A stretch of 64,000 nucleotides of DNA from an uncultured bacterium (GTDB lineage: Bacteria > Patescibacteriota > Minisyncoccia > Phycocordibacterales > Phycocordibacteraceae), in contig CAIJZI010000009.1 in assembly GCA_903825105.1 (NCBI GenBank), positions 216 through 64,215 on the forward strand. Reading direction: 5' to 3'. Position 1 is the stretch's first letter. Every line of letters begins with the position of its first letter. A program made the position numbers and the translations under genes. Below are positions 9,700 to 19,542 of the stretch, one piece after another. Below the pieces are notes generated by a model. That model did no database searches. It saw nothing but the letters and a program-made list of their open reading frames with translations, and had not been told where the DNA came from.

Positions 9700-11160
9700 T
9701 TAGACGCCCAAATCCAAAATGTCATCGATGCGAATCTGCTCAACAAATTCTGGCACATGCGAGACGAGAATCATCGCACCGGTATATTGATCAAGCGCTT
9801 TGGCTATAATCGGCAAGTGACGGAAGTTGATATGGTTTGTCGGTTCGTCGAGAATAAGAAGCCCGGGTCGCTCGAGTACGAGCGAAGCGAAGGCGACAAG
9901 CCCTTTCTGCCCTTCTGATAAATTGCCTATTTTTGTCTGCATCACATTCGCCATCAGTAAGAAGCCAGCGGCGGTGGCACGCAATTTTTGTTCATCGGGC
10001 TGACCCATCGCTTTCATCAGTGCATCAAAAACGGTTTGATCGAAATCAAGTGTAGAAAAATCTTGGCGGTAATAACCAACCTTCACGCCCTCAGCTATCC
10101 CCGCGCCTTCGGCTGTGCCACGCGCGATGTGTTCAAGCAGGGTACTTTTCCCGATACCGTTTGGCCCGCGCAGGAGAAGATGATTATTTTTACGCAGAGA
10201 GATATTCACTTTTTTCTTCACCGGTTTTTTACCATTAAAAATACTGCAGGAAGTGAGAGCGAGCACTTCGCCACTTAACTTTTCTTGAGCAGGGATCGTG
10301 AACGGCCGAATCGGTGCATCTTCCTTTCGCACATCAACCTTCGATTCTTCCATTTCTTCAACCTCCGTACGCATCTTCTTCGCGACGAGACGCATCTTAC
10401 CGCCCTTCTGCGCGAAGAAGTTCGCTTTATCTTTATTCTCTTGAATTTTTTTCTCGAGCTGTGCGTTCTTCTTATTTTCTCGATCGATACGCGCGACAAT
10501 ATCGCGCTGTACATCGTTATAGTTCCCCGCATACTGCTCGATCTTGTGCGTGAAGACATCGAGATACAAAACACCCGTCGTAAATTTATTTAAGAAGTGT
10601 GCGTCGTGCGAGATCACGATGCAGGAATGTTGGTAATCGACGAGAAATTTTGTTAAATGCTCGATACCGGCGGTGTCGAGATTGTTCGTCGGTTCATCGA
10701 GAAGAAGAAGATCCGGGTCTTGAATCAGCGCTGAAGCGAGGAGAAGTCGCGCCTGTTGGCCACCAGAGAAGGTGCTCATCAATCGATCGTGCAGCTTCTC
10801 GTGATGTTTTAAATTCACTACTTCGAGCACCGCGTCGATTCTTGGGTCGATGTCATAAACCGGCTTATCAAAACATTTTAAGAAAAATTCGCGAACAGTG
10901 AGCGCGAGATCCGCGCGCGGGATAACCTGTGGAGCTGTCGCCACTCTCACACCACGCGACTGATGTATCTCTCCCGATTCTGGCTTTAAGACTCCTGCCA
11001 TCAAGTTGAAAAGCGTCGACTTCCCGGCACCGTTCTGACCCATTACCGCGAGCTTCATCCCGCTACGCACAGGGAAATCTACTTCGTCGAGTATTGGTTT
11101 ATTGTGCCCGTATCCAAACGAGACCCCTTCAAATCGTAAAATACTTTCTTCTCGACCCAT
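9700..11160 (-). CDS. ABC-F family ATPase (two tandem ABC domains, no TMD)
   Basis: Two Walker A sites (GQNGAGKST, GPNGIGKST), two signature motifs and a charged linker. Confidence 0.8.
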   Translation of the reverse strand: MGREESILRFEGVSFGYGHNKPILDEVDFPVRSGMKLAVMGQNGAGKSTLFNLMAGVLKPESGEIHQSRGVRVATAPQVIPRADLALTVREFFLKCFDKPVYDIDPRIDAVLEVVNLKHHEKLHDRLMSTFSGGQQARLLLASALIQDPDLLLLDEPTNNLDTAGIEHLTKFLVDYQHSCIVISHDAHFLNKFTTGVLYLDVFTHKIEQYAGNYNDVQRDIVARIDRENKKNAQLEKKIQENKDKANFFAQKGGKMRLVAKKMRTEVEEMEESKVDVRKEDAPIRPFTIPAQEKLSGEVLALTSCSIFNGKKPVKKKVNISLRKNNHLLLRGPNGIGKSTLLEHIARGTAEGAGIAEGVKVGYYRQDFSTLDFDQTVFDALMKAMGQPDEQKLRATAAGFLLMANVMQTKIGNLSEGQKGLVAFASLVLERPGLLILDEPTNHINFRHLPIIAKALDQYTGAMILVSHVPEFVEQIRIDDILDLGV

Positions 11161-11314
11161 AATTCTGTTTTATTAAATTTTAAAATAACATATTTTTCCA
11201 AAAAGCGCAACTCTGCCGCATATTCTAGCTGCGACGCCGCCGTAGTTGACAAATACAAGCGACTGTGCTTTTTTAGACTGATCTGAGAAGATCAGCAGAA
11301 AGAGAGTCCAGAAG

Positions 11315-11746
11315 ATGGCTGACACGATCTTTGACTTGGAGAAGTTTATCCTCGGTTCAGGAGAACTGGATCGGATGAAAAAATCAATCAACCTTGCTCT
11401 TGCGCATTTCTATGGATATTTCCGTCAGGTGTATGAGGCAGTTATGTCTGAGAAAGATCCTGGAGTGGAGTCATGTATCATTGTCAATCTCCGCATTCAG
11501 TACCATAAGACAATTGATTTTGTTGCCAAGAATCAGACATACAATATAATAGTTGGCGATAAGGTCATATCCACAGGGACACATGCCCTAGCGGAACACC
11601 TTTCGCCTGAAATTACGCTCCAGTGCTATCTTCGCTTTGGCGATTTCATGGAGAAGATGTTTCAAATCTATCCGCCGCACCAAGAACTTCTCGATCGTCT
11701 GGAGACCTTCTACGCCGCCGCGGAGCGCGCGAAGAAGCAGTCCTGA
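11315..11746 (+). CDS. Hypothetical protein
   Basis: ORF followed by an intrinsic terminator. Confidence 0.4.
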   Translation: MADTIFDLEKFILGSGELDRMKKSINLALAHFYGYFRQVYEAVMSEKDPGVESCIIVNLRIQYHKTIDFVAKNQTYNIIVGDKVISTGTHALAEHLSPEITLQCYLRFGDFMEKMFQIYPPHQELLDRLETFYAAAERAKKQS

Positions 11747-11763
11747 ACCAGCCAATTGTTCCC

Positions 11764-11796
11764 GAGGCCAAGCCCAGCGCTTGGCCTCATTTTTTA
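11764..11796 (+). terminator. Rho-independent terminator
   Basis: gaggccaagc-ccagc-gcttggcctc followed by TTTTTT. Confidence 0.7.
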
Positions 11797-11840
11797 TAAC
11801 AAGTTGAATAAATGTCGATTTTGAAGTATCGTTTGTAGAT

Positions 11841-11911
11841 TGCCAGATCGTCTAACGGTAGGACCTCAGACTCTGAATCTGAGTATCTTGGTTCGAATCC
11901 AAGTCTGGCAG
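11841..11911 (+). tRNA. tRNA-Gln(CTG)
   Basis: U1:A72 acceptor TGCCAGA/TCTGGCA, anticodon loop CTCTGAA, T-arm CTTGG-TTCGAAT-CCAAG. Confidence 0.7.
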
Positions 11912-11958
11912 CCGATTTTTAAGCGTAAAAATCGCGTCGAAATCAGCAGATTTCGACG

Positions 11959-12252
11959 ATGGTTATACTTCTTAAATTTATGTATTTCGTCTACATCCTC
12001 GAATGCGCCGACCAGACGCTTTATGTCGGCTGTACAAACAATTTAGAAAAGCGCTTAAAACAACACAACGATTCAAAATCGGGCGCACATTATACAAAGA
12101 TTCGTCGACCTGTTATTTTAAAATATAGCGAATCATTCCCCACCCTCCTCGAAGCCCGCGGCCGCGAAGCCCTCATAAAACGCTGGCAGCGAGAAAAGAA
12201 ATTGGATTTGATATACAATAAAATTTATGGAAAAGAAAACGATAAAATTTAA
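11959..12252 (+). CDS. GIY-YIG nuclease domain protein (UPF0213-like)
   Basis: FVYILECADQTLYVGCTNNLEKRLKQHN matches the GIY-YIG signature. Confidence 0.8.
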   Translation: MVILLKFMYFVYILECADQTLYVGCTNNLEKRLKQHNDSKSGAHYTKIRRPVILKYSESFPTLLEARGREALIKRWQREKKLDLIYNKIYGKENDKI

Positions 12253-12556
12253 AGACGAACTCGCGAAGCTTATTCTCGCTGGAGAAAAGACTCTTACTTG
12301 GCGACTGTTTGACGATAAAAATTTGTCTCAAGGCGATGATGTTGGTTTTATCAATTCAAATACTAAAGAAAAATTCGGCGAAGCGATTCTGACAAAAGTT
12401 TATGAAAAGAAATTATCTGAAGTTGAAGGCGAAGATTTTGATGGACATGAGAGATATTCAAGTGGAGAAGAAATGTACCAGACTTATCGAACTTATTATG
12501 GCGACAAAGTCGGTCCTGACACCATTGTAAAAATCATTCGTTTCGAGTTGAAATAA
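12227..12556 (+). CDS. ASCH domain protein
   Basis: N-terminal LILAGEKTLTWRL is the ASCH beta-barrel signature. Confidence 0.55.
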   Translation: MEKKTIKFKDELAKLILAGEKTLTWRLFDDKNLSQGDDVGFINSNTKEKFGEAILTKVYEKKLSEVEGEDFDGHERYSSGEEMYQTYRTYYGDKVGPDTIVKIIRFELK

Positions 12557-12574
12557 CCCCGCTAACCAATCAGG

Positions 12575-12976
12575 GTGTATACTTCCCTCATGTCTAAACA
12601 CGAAGGATTTCCAAGTCATTCAGAATCAGAAAAAGAACCGACACGAGGAGAAAAAATAATTGCATTAGCAAAAGAACTTTTTGAAAGCAATGAGACTTTC
12701 GCTTTTTTTGGTATTGACCTAGAGTCATATTTAAAAATGAAAGCGGGCGAAGCAGAAGATCCGGGCTACACGACTCCTATCGATGAGAATATCGAGAGAT
12801 TTGAAAATGAAGGAATGAAAGTCGTTCAAGGGAAAAATCCTCAAAGCGGGAATGTATATATTCTGCCAGCAGGAAGTACTGATATTGAAATGGATAGTAT
12901 TTCTCCCAGACAACTTAAGGTCAAGGAAGGAATGGATCCGAGACTTAAGGAATTAATTTTGCTTAGTAGAGGATAA
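12575..12976 (+). CDS. Hypothetical protein
   Basis: ORF in an AT-rich accessory stretch. Confidence 0.35.
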   Translation: MYTSLMSKHEGFPSHSESEKEPTRGEKIIALAKELFESNETFAFFGIDLESYLKMKAGEAEDPGYTTPIDENIERFENEGMKVVQGKNPQSGNVYILPAGSTDIEMDSISPRQLKVKEGMDPRLKELILLSRG

Positions 12977-13003
12977 AAAACATTTACCTATTCGGCAAAA
13001 AAG

Positions 13004-13207
13004 ATGTATCATACCATCATGAACCTATTCAAACCAACCACCTTTACTTGGAAAGAAATCGCGCTGTTAAAATGGAGCGTGTTACTTATCGGTATCGCGA
13101 TTGGCGCGGAGTGGGCGAACATTTTTTCGAATTATTTTCTCGTGCTCATTATTATTGGCCTTATTCTCTGCATCCCGCCCACCATCGCGTGGATTAAGGG
13201 GCATTAA
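13004..13207 (+). CDS. Small two-TM membrane protein
   Basis: 67 aa and hydrophobic; a second ~53-aa hydrophobic ORF follows at about 13216-13377. Confidence 0.3.
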   Translation: MYHTIMNLFKPTTFTWKEIALLKWSVLLIGIAIGAEWANIFSNYFLVLIIIGLILCIPPTIAWIKGH

Positions 13208-13397
13208 AAAATAATATGATAATAAAAGGAAACTTTATCGGTGCGGCGATTGTAGCGATAATTTATACAATCTACATTTTGTGGCATCCATTTCCGATGA
13301 AATGGCAGATGGCGTCAGCACTCGTGATTCTAAACGCTCTCACGATTATACTTTTATCTTTTGCTTTTAAGATATAAGACTCCAACGGTTTTCTATC

Positions 13398-14882
13398 TTA
13401 CTCAACATGCACCTGAATATCCGTGCGTTCATTTTTTAATTTCAAAAAGAGAATCGTGAACGCGCCAACAAAGACAATAATCGACGAAATTAAGAAAACG
13501 AATGCATACGCATCCACCTGCGCCTTAAGCGTAATGAGACTGACATAGGTTTGGATGTCAGAAGGAATATGGCTTGAGAGTTTACTGAAGCTGTTGATCG
13601 TGAGCACATTCGTCGTGATGCGATTGTTGAGAATCGTCGCGAAGATGGCGATACCGAACGCGCCGGCGATGTTGCGCACGAGCGCGAGAATCGACGAAGC
13701 GATACCGATCTCACTCTCCGGTACGACCGAGGCAACGATGTTGGTGCGTTGTGCCATACCGAGGCCCAGCCCAAACGCCATCACCGAAAGCGGGATAACG
13801 ATATCGAGGGCCGTCGAGCGCGGATCGAGCCCGGTAAAAAGATAAATGCCGACTGAAGCGATGATCGTGCTCCAGAATATGACATATTTTGATTTTACTT
13901 TTCCTGTCAATCTGCCACCGATCGGCGCGCCCACCATCATCATCACTGCCATTGGGATAAAGAGGTAGCCCGATTCAGTCGCGCTGTAGCCGAGAAAGGT
14001 TTGTGCGAAAACGGGAGTGAGAAAAACGCCGCCCATCATCCCCATAAAGACCACGAAGTTGTTCACGAGCGCATTCACGAATGCAGGAATCTTGAAGAAT
14101 TTTAAATCGACAATCGGCTCCGGCGCTTTGTGTTCAATTTTAATAAAGAGACCTAAGAAAATGACAATGGCGAAATAGCAGATAATGCTCGCGACTGACA
14201 ACCAACCCCAATCTGATCCGCGGTCGAGAACGAGTACAAGCGCCGAGAGCATACTGCCGAGCGTAAGTGCGCCCCACCAATCAAAAAATTTCGTTTCTAT
14301 TTTTGAACGCGACTCGTTGATGAATCGCAGTGCCATATAGACACCCAAAAGGCCTATCGGTAAATTAATAAGAAAGACTGATCGCCAACCGAAGTTGTCG
14401 ATGAGTGGTCCACCAAGCAAGGGGCCAAAGACTACTGCGGCGGCAAATGAAGAAGACCAGATACCGAGCGCCTGCGCGCGCTCTTTCCCCTGTTTAAAAG
14501 TAACGGCGATAATCGCCATCGCGGTTGGATAATCGGCAGAACCGGCGATCGCCTGAATAATGCGAAAAACAATCATCGACGAGAGATTCCACGAGAGTCC
14601 TGCGAGAACTGAACCAACGATAAAAATACTAAAACCAAGAATGTACACCTTCTTTCTGCCGATCGTGTCTCCCAATTTCCCCCAAATTGGCACAAAAACG
14701 GCATTTGCGAGAATATACGCCGTCGCGATCCATCCGGCAGCAGAGACCGTGATGCCGAAGTCGTTGATAATCTTCGGCAAAGCGAGATTAACGATCGTCT
14801 GGTCGAGACGGCCAAGGAATGTGCCGATAATAACGGTGAAGAGAATCCACCAGCGCAGATTATTTTTTGGCTCTGGTGACAT
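13398..14882 (-). CDS. emrB-like: MFS transporter, DHA2 (EmrB/QacA) family, 14 TMS
   Basis: N-terminal WILFTVIIGTFLGRLDQTIVNLALP and length are typical of DHA2. Confidence 0.85.
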   Translation of the reverse strand: MSPEPKNNLRWWILFTVIIGTFLGRLDQTIVNLALPKIINDFGITVSAAGWIATAYILANAVFVPIWGKLGDTIGRKKVYILGFSIFIVGSVLAGLSWNLSSMIVFRIIQAIAGSADYPTAMAIIAVTFKQGKERAQALGIWSSSFAAAVVFGPLLGGPLIDNFGWRSVFLINLPIGLLGVYMALRFINESRSKIETKFFDWWGALTLGSMLSALVLVLDRGSDWGWLSVASIICYFAIVIFLGLFIKIEHKAPEPIVDLKFFKIPAFVNALVNNFVVFMGMMGGVFLTPVFAQTFLGYSATESGYLFIPMAVMMMVGAPIGGRLTGKVKSKYVIFWSTIIASVGIYLFTGLDPRSTALDIVIPLSVMAFGLGLGMAQRTNIVASVVPESEIGIASSILALVRNIAGAFGIAIFATILNNRITTNVLTINSFSKLSSHIPSDIQTYVSLITLKAQVDAYAFVFLISSIIVFVGAFTILFLKLKNERTDIQVHVE

Positions 14883-14887
14883 ATTAA

Positions 14888-15529
14888 TTAATTCACATAC
14901 ACCGTGATTTTTGCAGACATACCATTCTTTAATTCTGGATATTTCGTCACATCAAATTTTATTTTCACATCAAATTTTTTCGTCGGTCGTTTATCAGAAA
15001 TAGAGAAGACAACACCTGTGTCGTCTGAAGTTTCGCTGACGCTCTCGACGGTGCCAACATAAGTCTTACTTCCAAATGCATCAACGGTAAAGGTCGCATT
15101 CTGCCCTGCCTTAATCTGATCGAGCCCTTTCGTCTCATCGATCGTTCCGACAACACGCATATCTTCAGGATGAATCATTGATACTACCGCCTGTCCGGGG
15201 GCAAAGAACGCGCCAATGCTATTTTCGATATGCGTAATCACTCCATTCTGTTTCGAAGTGACGGTGTTGGTGCCGACTAACGCAACCGGAGTGTCCGCAG
15301 CAATAACTTCATCTTCAGAAACATAGAGCGCGTTCAGTGTACCGGCAGTGTTTCCAGATAAATTTATAATGGGCGCATTCACATAGGAATTTTCTATAAA
15401 TATCGTACCGTTACTCGATTGCCAGAAGAGAAATCCGCCGAGTGCCAAGATAATAATCGCGATGCCGATACCGCTCTGCACCATCGTGTTTTTAAATATT
15501 TCTTTTTTATTGTTTTTTTCTTCGTTCAT
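14888..15529 (-). CDS. HlyD-family periplasmic adaptor (short: TM, lipoyl and beta-barrel)
   Basis: N-terminal TM, biotin/lipoyl-like and beta-barrel segments. Confidence 0.55.
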   Translation of the reverse strand: MNEEKNNKKEIFKNTMVQSGIGIAIIILALGGFLFWQSSNGTIFIENSYVNAPIINLSGNTAGTLNALYVSEDEVIAADTPVALVGTNTVTSKQNGVITHIENSIGAFFAPGQAVVSMIHPEDMRVVGTIDETKGLDQIKAGQNATFTVDAFGSKTYVGTVESVSETSDDTGVVFSISDKRPTKKFDVKIKFDVTKYPELKNGMSAKITVYVN

Positions 15530-15540
15530 ATGGATTTACA

Positions 15541-16665
15541 TTATTTTGATGACATCTCGATTGCTGTGGTATTCGCCGAGGCGATTTGTCCCGCAGTGAT
15601 AACAACAGAGAGTATTGTGCCGTTTACCGGTGCTGTGATAATCGTATTGTCATACGCGGCTTGTGCAATTTGTAGAGCCCCTTGAGTACTCTCAACTTGT
15701 GCCTTCGCGATGGCGAGATCCTCTGCGCGTGCAGGTGCCTGTTTTAATGCGAGAGCGGCATTTGCCTGATCAAGCGCCGCTTGTGCACTATTTACCATTT
15801 GTACATCGTTGGTAATTGTCGTGTACGCAGCATCAACGGCGGTCTTCGCGCTGATAACAGAATTTTGATACGCCGTTACCGTCGACTGATTTCCACTCGC
15901 AGAGATTTGTGTGTAGGAGGTTAATACACTCAAAATAGACGACAGATACGCTCTGGAGGTCACGATGTAGGAGGTTGTATTTTTTACTGTTTTAATAACC
16001 GTTCCTTGGTCAAGATCCGAGGTTTCGTCGCTCCACATCCTCAAAGCAGTATTCACTTCGACACGCTGATTATTAATATCAGAAACTAATTGCTGACTGG
16101 TTTGCATCGTTCCGGCGATATAAAATTGGGGTGATGCTGTTTCTGGATTTGAGAACATACCGTTCGTATTTGATAAAACGGCGGTATTGACATTGTTATA
16201 GGCGAGCGTGAGATCGCGAAGAAGATTCTGCTTCGCATTCGCGAGCGCGGTTGTCGCACTCGCGACCGCCGCTTGGCTTACCTCTTTATCTGGCGTTGAA
16301 GCGCCATTCACCAGTTTGTCATAGTTCGTTTGTGCGACCGTATACGCAGCTTCCGCTTGGTTGATTGAGCCAAGTGAGCTCCCTGCGTCAAGGCTCGCGA
16401 GAACCTGACCAGCGACTACTTGATCACCAATTTTAACCGAGACATTTTTAATACGCCCTCCGACAGGAAAAGCGAGTGTTAAATATTTTGACGATACCTC
16501 GCCGTTTACAGTGGTTGTCGCGACCGGCAACTGCTGTTGAAAAATATTTTTCAAAGTCTCTGTGTGTATCAAAGTGCTTACTCCGCCAATAGCGAGCGCA
16601 ATGATGCCCACAGCGGTAATTACCAGCTTTGGTTGTGAAAATATTTTTTTAAAAAAGTCAGCCAT
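15541..16665 (-). CDS. emrA-like: HlyD-family membrane-fusion protein with long coiled-coil
   Basis: TM anchor, lipoyl half-motifs (ITAPVNGTI) and an Ala/Gln-rich coiled-coil. Confidence 0.65.
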   Translation of the reverse strand: MADFFKKIFSQPKLVITAVGIIALAIGGVSTLIHTETLKNIFQQQLPVATTTVNGEVSSKYLTLAFPVGGRIKNVSVKIGDQVVAGQVLASLDAGSSLGSINQAEAAYTVAQTNYDKLVNGASTPDKEVSQAAVASATTALANAKQNLLRDLTLAYNNVNTAVLSNTNGMFSNPETASPQFYIAGTMQTSQQLVSDINNQRVEVNTALRMWSDETSDLDQGTVIKTVKNTTSYIVTSRAYLSSILSVLTSYTQISASGNQSTVTAYQNSVISAKTAVDAAYTTITNDVQMVNSAQAALDQANAALALKQAPARAEDLAIAKAQVESTQGALQIAQAAYDNTIITAPVNGTILSVVITAGQIASANTTAIEMSSK

Positions 16666-16666
16666 A

Positions 16667-17107
16667 TTATTCTTTGGTTACTATCGTGAGTATCTTGATA
16701 AGCTGTTTCCGTTCGGTCGCACGCAATTTTGAAAACATCTTTGTGAGAAGCGCGAACTTGCGCTCGTGAAAAGATTTAAGAAGTTTTAATGCGATTGGCG
16801 TGAGCGCGACGCGTATCGTTCTGCGATCGGCAGCATTCCCGGTGCGAGTGATTAGTTTTTTCTTCTGCATCGATTCGATAAGCACGGTCACTGACGGTGG
16901 AGTGATCTTGAGGTGAAGAGCAATATCTTTCATCGACGGATTTCCTTTTTCAGCGATGAATGACAATGCATCAATTTGAGACAGGGGGCAGCGCAGGCTC
17001 GCGGCCTCTTGACGCATCACTTCAACAAATTTCCTGCGAAAGGCAAAGAGCACTTCTTCAAGTGAATGGATATCTTTCTTCTGCGCGGAGGGGCAAGACA
17101 TGTTCAA
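16667..17107 (-). CDS. MarR-family transcriptional regulator
   Basis: Winged-HTH region LSQIDALSFIAEKGNPSMKDIALHL...DRRTIRVALT. Confidence 0.8.
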   Translation of the reverse strand: MNMSCPSAQKKDIHSLEEVLFAFRRKFVEVMRQEAASLRCPLSQIDALSFIAEKGNPSMKDIALHLKITPPSVTVLIESMQKKKLITRTGNAADRRTIRVALTPIALKLLKSFHERKFALLTKMFSKLRATERKQLIKILTIVTKE

Positions 17108-17212
17108 TTATCTAATAGTTAGATAGTCTAATGATATCACTCTATCAAATTTCGCGCAAGTATTTCCCCTTGGCACGCTTCTAGATAGCGAGTATCGCGC
17201 TATACTCATTAT

Positions 17213-17962
17213 ATGATTCGTAGCGTTGCTCGACCACAGGACACTGCTTGGCACCGTTCGCACCTCGCGCGACGCAGACGCACTTGGGTCATTATGACGG
17301 GCGTGATACTCGCCGCAGTGGTGCTCGCGCTCTTTGGCTATTTCGGCTCCGTCGGTTGGGGCGCGCTCGCTGAAGCGATTCTTCGCACCACCTATCGTCT
17401 CGCCTTCGCTTATTTCATCGCGCTCGTTATCGGTGTAATGGTCGCGCTTATCGTCGGTTGGCTCTCGCTCACCGACACACTTTTCCCTGTCTTCGATGTG
17501 CTCCAAAACATTCCTTCATTCGCCCTCATTCCCTTCTTTATTTATTTTCTCGGCTACACCGACCTGATGATTATTTTATTCTCGGTTACTTCTATTGTTT
17601 GGCCGATTCTCTTCGCCGTCCTCACCGCGATTAAGAGCGCACACCGCGATTTAAGCGACGCTGCCACCATTTTCGGCGCGCGAGGATTCCGCAGAGTTCC
17701 ATACTACCTCGCGCCTCTCTCTTACCCTTCAATAATTACGGGTTCTATTGTCGGTATCGCTATCGGCTGGGAGTCGATTATTGGTGCGGAGATTATCGCG
17801 AACACTTCTGGCTTCGGCGCATTTATAAAGACCGCGAGCGTCTCTGGGATAAATCAGGCAGCGATCGCGGGGATGTTCGTGATTCTTATTCTCGTCTTCG
17901 TGATTAATCGCCTTATCTGGGCTCCGCTTCTCGCGGAGAGCAGTCGTCGCTATGCAGAATAA
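17213..17962 (+). CDS. ABC transporter permease (binding-protein-dependent, TauC/SsuC-like)
   Basis: Six-TM permease with an EAA-like loop; start may be the internal Met near 17294. Confidence 0.7.
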   Translation: MIRSVARPQDTAWHRSHLARRRRTWVIMTGVILAAVVLALFGYFGSVGWGALAEAILRTTYRLAFAYFIALVIGVMVALIVGWLSLTDTLFPVFDVLQNIPSFALIPFFIYFLGYTDLMIILFSVTSIVWPILFAVLTAIKSAHRDLSDAATIFGARGFRRVPYYLAPLSYPSIITGSIVGIAIGWESIIGAEIIANTSGFGAFIKTASVSGINQAAIAGMFVILILVFVINRLIWAPLLAESSRRYAE

Positions 17963-18701
17963 CTCTACAAAAATCGCACTCGCCCTCTCGCGCGTTTCTG
18001 CGCGTTTTGAGGATGATAAAATGCGCGAAGTCCCGGTATTAAAAGAAATTTCTTTTTCTATCCCGACAGGAGGATTCGCCTCGATTATCGGCCCGTCGGG
18101 CGCGGGCAAATCGACTTTGATGCGCGTGGTCCTCGGCCTGATGAAAATAGAAAGTGGAACTATCGTTAGAAACTTCTCAAAGCCAGCAATGGTCTTCCAG
18201 AATTATGCGCTCTTCCCGTGGCTTTCTGCACTCGATAATGTCGCCTTTGGTCTTCGTATGAGTGGTGTGCCAAAAAAAGAGCGTGAAAAAATAGCGCGGG
18301 AAAAATTAAAAGAAGTTGGGCTCGAACATTTAGAGAAGCACTACCCAGCGGCGCTCTCGGGCGGTCAGCGTCAGCGCGTCGGGCTCGCACGCGCCCTCGC
18401 GATCTCGCCCGATCTCCTCATTATGGATGAACCATTTTCAAATCTCGACACTATCACCGCCGAAGCACTTAAAAAAGATTTATTAAAAATCTGGCGCGCC
18501 TATGGGATGACGATTTTAATGATTAATCACCTTATTCCCGACGCGATCGAACTCTCTGATCAGATTATAATAATGGGCGCTCGCCCTGGGAGCGTAAGAG
18601 AAATTATTTCTATAGACCTCCCGCGCCCGCGCGACACGCGCAGCGAGCGATTCTTTAAAGAAGTCGATTACTTAACGGGCGTCATCCGCGAGGTTTCCTG
18701 A
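17952..18701 (+). CDS. ABC transporter ATP-binding protein
   Basis: Walker A GPSGAGKST, signature LSGGQRQR, Walker B LLIMDEP. Confidence 0.85.
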   Translation: MQNNSTKIALALSRVSARFEDDKMREVPVLKEISFSIPTGGFASIIGPSGAGKSTLMRVVLGLMKIESGTIVRNFSKPAMVFQNYALFPWLSALDNVAFGLRMSGVPKKEREKIAREKLKEVGLEHLEKHYPAALSGGQRQRVGLARALAISPDLLIMDEPFSNLDTITAEALKKDLLKIWRAYGMTILMINHLIPDAIELSDQIIIMGARPGSVREIISIDLPRPRDTRSERFFKEVDYLTGVIREVS

Positions 18702-18762
18702 AAACAAAACAAGGTTAAACCTTAAATCCGAATTCCCCCAAGGTTTAACCTTGTTTTGTTTT
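18701..18762. terminator. Long inverted repeat between convergent genes, built from two AAGGTTWAACCTT palindromes; bidirectional terminator or REP-like element
   Basis: aaaacaaaacaaggttaaacctt ... aaggtttaaccttgttttgtttt: perfect 23-nt arms. Confidence 0.6.
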
Positions 18763-19542
18763 TTAAATTTCTATTTTAGAAAAGAAGTATGATCCGAGAC
18801 CTAGGAAGATCGCGGAGACCGCTAGGAGCACACCGATATCGAGCGCGAGAGGAAAGGCACTAACGCCAATGAGGAAATAACGCAGTGCGTCGATGCCGTA
18901 TGAAAGCGGGTCAAATCGCGCGACAAGCACCAACGCCGCTGGCGCGCTGTTGAGTGGGAAGAATGCTCCCGAGAGAAAGACGAGCGGCATAATAAGGAAG
19001 TTCATAATGAGCTGGAAGCCCTGCATATCCTTCAAAAGCGAGGCGACCATAATCCCAAGCGAGCTGAAGAGGAGTGCGACAAGAAGCATAATAATAATCG
19101 CCGGCGCGATACCCGCGAGAGAAAGGGGGCGGAATCCGGCGAGCGTCGCGATAAGAAGAACGAGAATACCTTGAGCGCTCGCGACCGTCGCTCCACCAAG
19201 CGTTCGACCAAACATAATCGAGAGGCGCGAAACTGGCACGACCATCGTCTCTTTTAAAAATCCAAATTGGCGATCCCAGATCACCTGCATCCCGTTAAAG
19301 ATGGCACTAAAGATAATCGACATACCGATAATCCCCGGCGCGATAAATTCTAGATAATTCCCCTGCCCCGCCTTCGCGAATACAGGTCCGAGCCCGTAGC
19401 CAAGCGCGACGAGAAAGAGAATCGGTTGGCCCAAAGAGCCGATGATACGACTCTTCGATCTGATAAATCGTTTTACTTCGCGCAGCCACATTTGATAGAT
19501 AACATTCATATATAAAAAAATTAATGACCTCTGCCGCGCCAC
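18763..19542 (-). CDS. ABC-2 family transporter permease
   Basis: Six-TM ABC-2 permease topology, overlapping the upstream ATPase gene. Confidence 0.7.
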   Translation of the reverse strand: MARQRSLIFLYMNVIYQMWLREVKRFIRSKSRIIGSLGQPILFLVALGYGLGPVFAKAGQGNYLEFIAPGIIGMSIIFSAIFNGMQVIWDRQFGFLKETMVVPVSRLSIMFGRTLGGATVASAQGILVLLIATLAGFRPLSLAGIAPAIIIMLLVALLFSSLGIMVASLLKDMQGFQLIMNFLIMPLVFLSGAFFPLNSAPAALVLVARFDPLSYGIDALRYFLIGVSAFPLALDIGVLLAVSAIFLGLGSYFFSKIEI

